A DNA stretch of 20,000 bases from Hydrurus foetidus (Eukaryota): assembly GCA_900617105.1 (NCBI GenBank), contig UYFQ01000138.1, forward strand, positions 59,029 through 79,028. The letters run 5' to 3'. The translations under genes were made by a program, and so were the position numbers. Of this stretch, positions 10,664 through 20,000 are shown piece after piece (position 1 is the first letter of the stretch; each line of letters starts with the position of its first letter). Below the pieces are notes generated by a model, which made no database searches, was not told the DNA's origin, and worked only from the letters and a program-made list of their open reading frames with translations.

Positions 10664-10797
10664 GGGGTGCATGAAAGGCGAAGTTGATTGCTTTCACAAA
10701 CTAGTGCATGTATGCAGTATCAATTATGCTCTCTCATTACTTTTCGCGCTCTCGTGAAGTCTGTTCTAACGACAAGTTTGCAGGAACCACTCTGCGC

Positions 10798-13114
10798 ATG
10801 ATGATCATCATCTTCATTGTCATTGCACTCGAGTTGGCTGTTCATGCATCTTCAAGCCTGATGCCTGTTGATGAATCGAGATTAGAGCGTATGAATCAGC
10901 ATGATCGATTCGTTAAGAAAATAGCTCCTCTGCCCTGGACTATTCATGAAGTTGTCATAGCGGTCAGACAGAGGAATCTGGTACGGTCTCAACTGCATTG
11001 CATCTGCACCTGCAACTGTATCACTTATATAGACTCCAATGCTACATGCTTATCATCAAAGGGAGTCTTAGAGAGTGAACTGATGAAAAGAAGCAGTCCA
11101 AACACATCAACATACATGAAGTGGATGACTTACGAGCAAGTGGGTAATATCACGTCCAATCCAGACGGCGCAGCGAAAATTATCGAATATTTGCGGAAAG
11201 CACATGTCAACGTGACCAAAATTTCACCTCATCAATACTATATTCATGCATCCGCTCCTGTGAGCACATGGGAGACACTTCTGTCTGCAAAATTTTTCAT
11301 ATATGATGATAGGAGCAATGATAATCGATCGAGCAATTCCAGATCATTAATAAGGAGTCACAGGTAAAAGCATTAATAATACTGCACCTCCACTGATCTG
11401 CATTCCTCTGATAGAATGACAACGTTGCGATACTCAAAGGTGCCTTCTACCACTCGAAATACACAAACACGCGAGCCACATATTCAACACCGTACAATTA
11501 CCTCCGAGTCTGGTCAATCCTAAAAGTGTGGTGCGTGGACGCAAAGGGATCAAGAAGAGACGCGGCACAACTACCGCTTCACAGGAAGTGAATGTGCATT
11601 TCTTGAACTCTTTGTACTCGATTCCAAGCAACAAAGGATCAGAAACGCTGACTCAAAGTGTCTTCGAGACAAGCGAGCAATACTTCAATCCAGCCGATAT
11701 CAAGCAATTTCAAGAGCAGTATGGGCTAACGGTGACAGCTCCCATTCCCATAGGGGGACATACAACTTCTTCTTGCTCCACACAGGCAGGAACAGGGAAT
11801 GATTGTTTCGAAGCTAATCTTGATATCGAGTACATTATGGGTATCGCCCAGTCAACGACAACTAAAGGTGACCTACATGCAATATCATTACTACCTAAAC
11901 TTTTTGTTTGACAGCAAAGTGAAGACTGTTTCACATTTTTACAACCGTAGTCTGGTACGTTGATGGCAGCAAGCAAGAACCATTTTTGTCTTGGATACTG
12001 CAAGTTTCTAGTGACCCTAACCCTCCATCTGTCAATTCGATATCATGGGGCTCCGATGAAAAGGTATTTGTAATCAGAATTTTCATGCATGTATCGTTAT
12101 CTGCCTCACACATCATCGCTTCATGTAATGATACTAGTCGATGAGTACTTCTGTGATGGATTCCTACAACATCGAAGCAAGGAAACTTGCTTTAATGGGC
12201 GTGACTATCCTCGTCTCATCTGGAGACAACGGTGTCATGGGCTATGGCTGTAAAAAGGGCTGTGATAGCAGCAAACCAACGTCGTTGACCAACTGCGTCG
12301 GTGACCTGCCCACAGCATCAAGTACCACAACCTGGGGAGGATCAAATTCCTGGTCTGGTAAGGGATATAACCCAAAATTTCCAGCTACTTCACCATATGT
12401 CACTGTTGTAGGTGGTACAGCAGGTCCGGAGAGAGGTGGTGCAGAAGTTGCTTCGCAAAGTGATCACGGAAATGTTATAACTACCGGAGGTGGTTTCTCA
12501 GCACACTTCGCACAGCCATCATGGCAAACATCGGTAGTAGCTGATTACTTCTCAAATTTAGCTTCCAGTCCCTCTGAGGGTTACAATAGTCAGGTAAGAG
12601 ACTGCGAATTTGAATTCATCCATCACATCATCTGATATACAAATTGCTTCAGTATGGTATGATTTGATTTGATTTGATTTTATTTGAGCTGATGGCATGA
12701 TCAAATGTTAAAACGCTGCACAACGTGTGTCATTTAAATTTGTAGGGTCGAGCGTACCCTGACATCAGTCTGATTGCAGTCAACTATGCCGTAATCATTC
12801 AAGGAGTGACCTTTTACGTGTATGGTACATCAGCATCTGCGCCAGTCCTTGCTGGCATGATATCCCTGATCAACGCAGATCGACAGAGATCTGGACTAGG
12901 AACAGTTGGATTCATCAATCCAACACTGTATAGTCCGTATAACACGAACAAGTTTAGAGATGTGTATTCTGGAAGCAACATGTGCTGCTCATCTGTTAGT
13001 GGTTCAACTGGTTCCCCATACTGCAGTAGTTCTGGATTCCAGACAGCTGTAGGTTGGGATCCAGTTACAGGATTTGGGAGCATTACTTTTGGCAATCTGG
13101 TATCCATGTTCTAA
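10798..13114 (+). CDS. Sedolisin family (MEROPS S53) peptidase, tripeptidyl-peptidase I-like, with signal peptide and pro-kumamolisin-type prodomain, 616 aa, 6 exons
   Basis: Exons: 10798-10980, 11062-11363, 11440-11867, 11951-12063, 12138-12593, 12746-13114 (GT-AG, phase-consistent, 1851 nt). Catalytic motifs EANLDIEY (Glu/Asp), SISWG, VSSGD (oxyanion Asp), FPATSPYVTVVGGT, TGGGFS, GRAYPDIS, GTSASAP (Ser nucleophile), and Ca-site GWDPVTGFG. Prodomain pattern RQRNL-GVLESELMKRSSPNTSTYMKWMT. Confidence 0.95.
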
Positions 13115-13359
13115 TTCGATATTTGGTTATAAGTGCATTGAGGAAGATGATCAATACGATTGCGTTATTGCAAGCTGCATTAATTTCATTTTATTTGTCA
13201 AAAATTGAGATCTTATCACTGCTTAGCTGATTAGCTTTGTATTGAAAGTTCGCGATGCATAATAAACAGCATTTTTTTTGTTTCACTGAGAAATTATACG
13301 TGATTTTTAATGATGCTCTGTACTATCTCATAAACAGTCTGATGCATATGATGCCAGCA

Positions 13360-13640
13360 ACATGGATACGAGAAGTCTTCGACAAGGTAGATATCTCTGT
13401 AGACAGAGGCATCCTCAGATTACAAGCCGCACGATTCTGCAGTGCTTGTAGCTAGGCAGGAAATATACTCAGAGAATCAGACCTAAGGTAGCGTCTAGGA
13501 CGAGGCGATTACAAACCACTCTATGATTAGATATTTTGCTGCCTTCGACGATCATAATATCAGGGATAAAGTGATCACCTATGCTGCACTAATATTTAAC
13601 CACAGCTGCAATGCGTGTGTACAGGAGAACTCAGAAGTAT
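13360..13640 (+). mobile_element. Degenerate Ty3/gypsy-like integrase fragment (frameshifts and stops)
   Basis: WIREVF..DISVDRG(13402-13410)+2 nt+PQITSRTILQCL*LG resembles the I.SDRGPQFTS motif. MIRYFAAFDDHNI[R]DKVITYAALIFNHSCNAC+2 nt+TGE (13523-13629) matches the spacing of LR.Y...WD..LP.A.FAYN.S...STG. Recognised by eye only. Confidence 0.5.
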
Positions 13641-15498
13641 AGGGACAGATATCCATCAAGCGATCGTAATGAATTTACGATTCCAACAAACTTGCCAAAT
13701 CATCAAAAATTCTACAGCAAATCTATTTGAACTAAGAGAAGTAAACCGTAGCCTCTATAATTTACTTCCGAGTCGCTACTTCTACTAATGAGCAATGCAT
13801 CTGTCCAATAGCAGTAGGATACCTTGACTGAAGAACAAATGATTTTATCAGACACTTGAAATCACCCCTCTGTATGAAGCAAGGTGTTGTGGAGCGTACA
13901 ATCGAACCGAAAGATGTTGCAAAATATATTTGAACTAGATGGAAATTACTCTCGCAAGCCGACTCTTCGGTAGCACTGACATTGACTTTTTTTGTCGTAC
14001 TCTCCCGGAGCCTTCGGTCGAGTACATCTTTGATGTTGAGTACCCCTGACTACAATGTATGACAGCACTTCTGACGAAGCTCTTTTCCCTCGTGACACGA
14101 GTTGCATCAAAGCCCAACGTAAAATAACGGAACAAATACAGGGGAATTTGTTTTTCCAATCAGCACAAGGACAGTTAGGAGCCATGGACTATGACTAAGT
14201 TTTACTGTCTAAAAGAAGGTCTTCTTCACAATTGAGCAGCTAAAGCACCTTCAGATAATAGAATCACATAAGGCACTGCCTGCGATCATTGTCGGAAGCT
14301 ATGTGTAATTCTTTCGAAAGAGCCATCGGGATTCACATTGAATTTTACAATCAGTCATGAAGACTCAACAAAAGTTAAAGAACGTTGATCATATCGTTAG
14401 AAGTTTTGACGTGATGGATTTTGATTAACATCACTCAACTGTTGTAATTTCGGTCACTTGCCATGACACACCGCACCACAGTTGGACTTGAAATGAGAGA
14501 ACCGATCTTTCTACGGTCTCGTCTTTACTGCACTTCCGATTTAACTGTCATTATAAGTACTCACTGTGTATATTACTCTTATTGTGTTGATATCCTCATG
14601 TGCTGATATATGTGTTGATATCTGTTCTTCCATGTTAAGCGCGAGCATCAATTGAGATAGTTTGTATGGTCGCTTCACAGTTCTTCCAGGCCAAGTTCCC
14701 TTTGATAACCTAACAGACTCGATTGATCCGCCGTTCAATTCCGTTATCCAAGACGCATCAGCAATTTGTATATCAAAGATAGTGTAGGCTCATCAATTTT
14801 GAATCTTGATTTAACGTTTCGGAGCATCATTTATCATCAAAGTTTATCGTTAATACTGAGAGACTGCAGATATTTAAATGTCGATCAAAAAGTTATCAAA
14901 ATCCTCTTATGAGTCATTCAATCAAAGTGTCAAGAAGCAACCTAAATAGTGCGCTTATTTAGCTAAGATGCGTACTGGAGATTTTACCGGCTTATGTCAT
15001 GATTGCAGAAAGCTAACTGAATCACAATCCTTGACTCAAACAAATTTAAAGAAGAAATGTACCTCAAGTTCGGACATGATAAAAAATGCCATACGATGGT
15101 GCATGTGTAAAACTTCATCATGCTCCGTAAACAAATGCTGCTTTATAACGTTATCTATTCATTTAAGTCAATGGACTTCTAAATGATATGCTTCTCGGTG
15201 TAATCGAAATCAGCCGCTGTGTACAAAGAATACCTCTCTACATTCGCCATACTATACATTATGCAAGCCAAAAAAAACTGCTGAATTTCTGTATTTATTC
15301 GCAACTACGACAACATATTCGGTTCTAGTTCACTAGTGATTTAGTAATTCTTCTATCGATTTAGTAGAATGCTTTTAACGGCTCCTCCAAGAACTAAGAA
15401 GAAAGTCGCGAAGATGAGATGAGACATGAGCTGCACAAACCACCAAATCAACGCCTACAATCTACCCAGGGGCATTGTGCAGAGTGTTGTTGGCTAAC

Positions 15499-17186
15499 AT
15501 GATGCTCCTCGATAATGCTTTAGCGCTGGCGAAAACGAATCAGGCTAGAGTGGCTGCATTGGCTGCTGTCGCAGGACTTGTTGGTGCATGTTTACTATTC
15601 AGAAAAACTTCCGGAAAGGTACGTTCACGCAGATAAGAGGATGATGGCAGCTTTAAGCATAATCTTGGTAGAGGAATGTATATACGGCTATCAGAAGTGA
15701 TATTGACATCTTCTGGAAATCGAATTGAGGTCAAATAATACAACAGGGTCTTAAAATGACGAAACTACCACCATTTCCCAGGACAAAGACCTCGCTCCTG
15801 CTCTTACGGAAGAGATGGTGCTTGAAATCATGACTGAAATAATGGCGAAATTAAGGTTCACTGGTTCAAAGATGTGCGATGCTAAGGACGGTACGAATGA
15901 ACCTAAAAGCAGCCTCCACATTCGTGTCTCGAACACTTCGCTACCATCATCACATTTCCTGGATAGCATACAGCTCCTCGATGATGCCTATTATTCGCTG
16001 CACTTCCTTCCATTTTCACTGCTACTGCTTTGCGAGAAGAATGGAGGCACATCTTCCAACATTGAGCAAAATGCCTCAATCATGAAATTATCATGATGTT
16101 GAGGACAGCGTGAAGTGGATGTAAATGTAATTGAAACTTCTTAAAATTGCAGAAATTAAGGAACAGCTCAGAGGTCACAATCAAGATGCTGACGATAGAG
16201 ACATTTTCAAGCATTACATTCTTCCTCACTTCGAAGCTTCCTTCGATGAACTTCAATGTAAGAATCTGTGAGAAAAAGAGACTTATGATATTTTGAATTT
16301 CCTTATGATTGTAGTATCGGAGTGTTGCTTCTGTCATTGATTCTGTTGTTGTCGATTGCTACTTTCTTTGTTGTCAAATACGTACTACGTGAAGGCGGCA
16401 GTATTCTGTTTTATCGTCTTTCATTTCCATTCCTTTCATCGTGACGCTGCTCAAAATTTCAAATGATGTGAAGCTCTTTTCAACAATTTTTTCTCTCCCT
16501 CACTCTCTCTTTCTCGCTCTCCTTCTTTCTCTCTCCTTCTATCTTTCTAATCACCTTTTGCAGCCAAAATATTCGCCACTTACGATGTGGAAGAAACTGA
16601 AGTAGAAGATGCTGTTAACTATTACATAAAAGCTGGAAATAGAGAATTGAAGAAAATTAGTGACGACATCAGGCTGATGTACGTGGGATTTGGAGGTGAT
16701 AAATAAATTGAATTTAAAAATGCTGATATGTCGTTCTGTCACTCTCGGTCTACTGACTACTTTTCACCGCGACGTATTATTGTCTATCACGCGTTATCTT
16801 TTTTTATATGATAATCTGGATTGTAATGTTACCAAATCGATGATTACGATCTATTTACGAAGCGATAGTCCACATCATCACGAAATTCTGCGAAACACAT
16901 TCAAAAATAATACATTTAAAAATATTACACATATAATATATAAGATAAATAAGCCGTACGTACGTAGGTGCCCTCGAAGCAGCAGCACCAAGCGCGCCGA
17001 GTGGGGCGTGTCTGAGTGAACAGGAATTGCTGATGATGTTGGAGGTTATCAGTGAAGAAGCCTCTAAGGCTGTAGATGAGGTAACGTGATAACTGTCAGT
17101 ACTTGACACATTGAGAGAGAGACAAATAGAGAAAGATGAAAGAGAGAGAGAAGGGGGTGGAAGGAGAGGAATAGAGAAAGTTACGA

Positions 17187-17221
<35 letters not shown>

Positions 17222-17315
17222 AGAGAGAGAGATGATAATGATGTTGGAAGTCAAAGAGACCGTCCAAGGTGGCAGACGAGGTGAAGTGATGGGATAGGAT
17301 GACTGTTAGCAGCCA

Positions 17316-17358
<43 letters not shown>

Positions 17359-18559
17359 AAAGAGAGTGTGTGTGAAGAGAGTGAACGAGAATGATGATGA
17401 TGATGATGATGGTAGTTAGGTGATTGAGGTCATTAACGAGGAAAGTTAAGAAGAAGATAATCAGACAGACGAACAGATGCAGACAGGAAGACAGACAGAG
17501 ATGGTGACTGAGGGCATAATCGAGACAGCGCAATGACCATTATGACCATCTTACTCCCTACATATCATCTGAATTTTCTATCACTCACTTCTTGACACTA
17601 TTTATTTATTTTTACTTTGCAGTTCATAGAGAATTTTATCAACACCAATGGCAACCCCAACACACCTGAGATGATGGAAGCCCTGCAAATGGGACTCATG
17701 CGGACATCGCAAGAGTGAGTACTACCCTTCTCTTGCTTCGCTTTCCTCTTTCCTTTATTTCTGTTTTTCTTTTTACACCCTCCCATTCTTACCTCCGTGA
17801 GTAACTCTATTTCGAAGGTATTTAATATTATGTTTATTTACAATTAGGTATTTAATCTGTTTGCATTATCTCACTTTGTTTTACATTCCGTCTTTTAGAG
17901 CGGAGACTCTGTCATACGCGAAGACAGGTGTGAGTGTGGAAATGTTCCACCTATCGTTAGAAGCCCACAGCAATTCTCAAATCGTCAAGAGTGCCCTCAA
18001 CAGAATGCAGGTGAGAGATGTGTGTTTATGTGTTGATTGGAGAGGAGGGAGTTAGGGAAGGGAGTCGGTGGGGAGAAGAAGGTAAACGATGGGGAGAGGA
18101 GAGAAGAGAAGGAGGGAGAGGAGAAGAGAAGAGAAGGGAAGAAAAGAAAGGTGAAAGGATACATATAAAAAGAAATAAGAGAACTGACATCGCGTAACTT
18201 TATTTGACGTCACGTTATTTAAAAATCGACAGAAAGCATGGGTTCGTTCGTCTTGAAGCTGTAGTCGTTGTCTTATCGGGTGCACTGACTGTCTGCATTA
18301 CATCTCACTGTTTGCTCTCTCTAACTTTCATGCACCATACTTTTAATGCTAAACTTTATTCGGTTGCACTGTCATTTTACACAGCTCTACAGCACTGCTG
18401 ACTTCCCCTCTTCACTGCAATATCACCTCCTTTCTATGAACCTTTTTCTAGAATACGAATCCTTTTATGAATTGCTGACATTTTACGGAATTTCTTTTAT
18501 TTCCGTAGATGGAGAATTTGGCTCGCTTGGCATCATACGGAATTGAAAGACAGTCGTGA
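15499..18559 (+). CDS. Hypothetical signal-anchored alpha-helical protein, 277 aa, 8 exons
   Basis: Exons: 15499-15618, 15782-15890, 16153-16257, 16564-16695, 16968-17080, 17623-17714, 17899-18010, 18509-18559. All introns are GT-AG and phase-consistent (834 nt). N-terminal hydrophobic segment VAALAAVAGLVGACLLF followed by RK. Body ...LTEEMVLEIMTEIMAKLR...HYILPHFEASFDELQSKIFATYDVEETEVEDAVNYY...GFGG...LSEQELLMMLEVISEE...; ends MENLARLASYGIERQS*. Confidence 0.85.
17191..17411. repeat. Intronic microsatellite cluster: (GT)15, (GA)15, (GAT)n
   Basis: (GT)n at 17191-17220, (GA)n at 17321-17350 and (ATG)n at ~17391-17411, within intron 5 of the 277-aa gene. Confidence 0.95.
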
Positions 18560-19699
18560 ACAATGCGGAAGGATTGAAAACCGCACATTGTTTCATTTAT
18601 GCATTTCCGTATTTTTGTAATCGAAAATGTAACGAAACAATTAAATATTATTAATGCGAAAAAAAACTAGAGAGAAATTCTAAAAATATTTGGAGTGCTG
18701 TTGTGCTGTGAAAGGAATCTTTGGTTTATTAGCGCACGTACGTACAGTCCTATGCGAGCACTGAGTATTACAAAGAAATAAAGAAGATTTACAGGAAAGG
18801 AACAGAGTGGGTATCGCTGTCACGCTAGAGGTCATCTGTACCGTTTTACTATTTTCAAAATAGAAATCGTCTCATTTAGTAAAACAAAATGAAGGCGAAG
18901 ATTAAATCTTCCGCGAAATACAAAGATTGCGGTAGGTCAAGAATGAAGATCCAAACTTTGTTGTTTTGGTGATTTCTATTGTGCGTAATTGCTCCTCTGT
19001 ATTTTACTGCACAGAATCACTCAAATGAACATGAAGTAAATAATTGACTCCAGCGAGATAACTCTTCAGGGCATGCAGAATGAATCTTACGGTATACACG
19101 CTAAATACGGCTATATTCTGCTATTATATGTCGTATTGCGGGCACTGTGACATCGTTTCCCAACTATTGGATTGAGTATTTGGTGCTCTATGTTCGTATT
19201 TGCATTGGCAGAGTCCGGAACACATACACATACATGTCTCACAAATGAAATCAATTCTGAATGCGCAAAATTGATGAAAATATTTTCACGCTGTTTTGAG
19301 AATAGTAAAATTCAAACGGCTGTTTTTAGCCTTTAAAGTGCTGAACTCTGTGCAATGTGATGTACATGAATTATACGGTGTCTACCGCTCGCTTTTTTAA
19401 TTTGTCCTAACAGTGACAGACAACACTAGTTAACTGAAAAATAATGCATCAGACGTGTCAATAATAATGATGCACTGATATACATCGATAAAGCGAGAGT
19501 TCGCTTTTCCAGGCGAATGGTGCTCTCAGAAAAAGATAGCACAGATAAATAACCAAGATAATTGTAATCAAATGATTCTCTAACTCAAGTGTACTGTACT
19601 CAGCATTTTTTCCCTCTTCCTTCTTTTCTTTTCTTATTTCGTTGCCACGACTTCATGTCATTACCTCTCTCCCTCCCTCCCTCCCTCCTCCTATCTCTC

Positions 19700-19946
19700 T
19701 CCCATCATGTCATCATCATCATCATTTACATCATCATTATCATCATATGTTCATCATCATCGTGATGTCATCATCATCATCATTGCATCTCATCATCGTG
19801 CATCGGCATATCATCATCCCATCATCACGGCATCATCATATCTCATCACGCGATCATGTCTCATCATATCATCATATCCGTAATGGTCATCATCATCATC
19901 ATCATCATCGTCATGTCATCATCTTCATCATCATCATCACCATCGG

Positions 19947-19991
<45 letters not shown>

Positions 19992-20000
19992 TTCATCATC
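19700..20000. repeat. Degenerate (CAT)n microsatellite running off the window end, preceded by a pyrimidine-rich tract
   Basis: Direct reading; many indel-like interruptions. CT-rich sequence at ~19608-19700. Confidence 0.93.

Noticed and set aside
11434..13107. Minus-strand ORFs overlapping the S53 gene
   Set aside because: Antisense shadows of genuine coding exons.
13580..13620. SET-domain NHSC motif (IFNHSCNAC)
   Set aside because: Lacks the following PN and other SET motifs; the context fits an integrase remnant better.
14270..15020. CDHCRK and CHDCRK CxxC pairs as zinc-finger remnants
   Set aside because: Isolated in short frames with no further ligands or extendable coding sequence.
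18560..19600. Possible additional gene or exons
   Set aside because: No phase-consistent exon chain or recognisable peptide found on either strand.

Overview
Eukaryotic, AT-rich, intron-containing genomic DNA with many microsatellites. It is probably from a stramenopile-like protist (inference from gene content and style, not proven). The six-frame ORF track is largely misleading because the real genes are spliced. Manual GT-AG, phase-consistent reconstruction gives four genes. (1) A minus-strand gene (~794-1753, ~256 aa) with a VRF-x5-VVLIP-R...LWW motif resembling PP1-docking sites. (2) An 8-exon minus-strand gene (3120-8972, 364 aa) for a secreted protein with an N-terminal Ig/cadherin-like (Big_9-like) module and a laminin IV/laminin B-like domain; its long introns hold large CA, CAT, GGAA and GCT/ACT repeats plus a MITE-like element. 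(3) A 6-exon plus-strand sedolisin (S53, tripeptidyl-peptidase I-like) gene (10798-13114, 616 aa) with an intact catalytic set, preceded by a 47-bp minisatellite. (4) An 8-exon plus-strand gene (15499-18559, 277 aa) for a signal-anchored helical protein with an apparent internal duplication. A frameshifted Ty3/gypsy integrase-like relic lies between genes 3 and 4. No CRISPR array, rRNA or tRNA is supported. No clearly new multi-gene system can be demonstrated from sequence alone.
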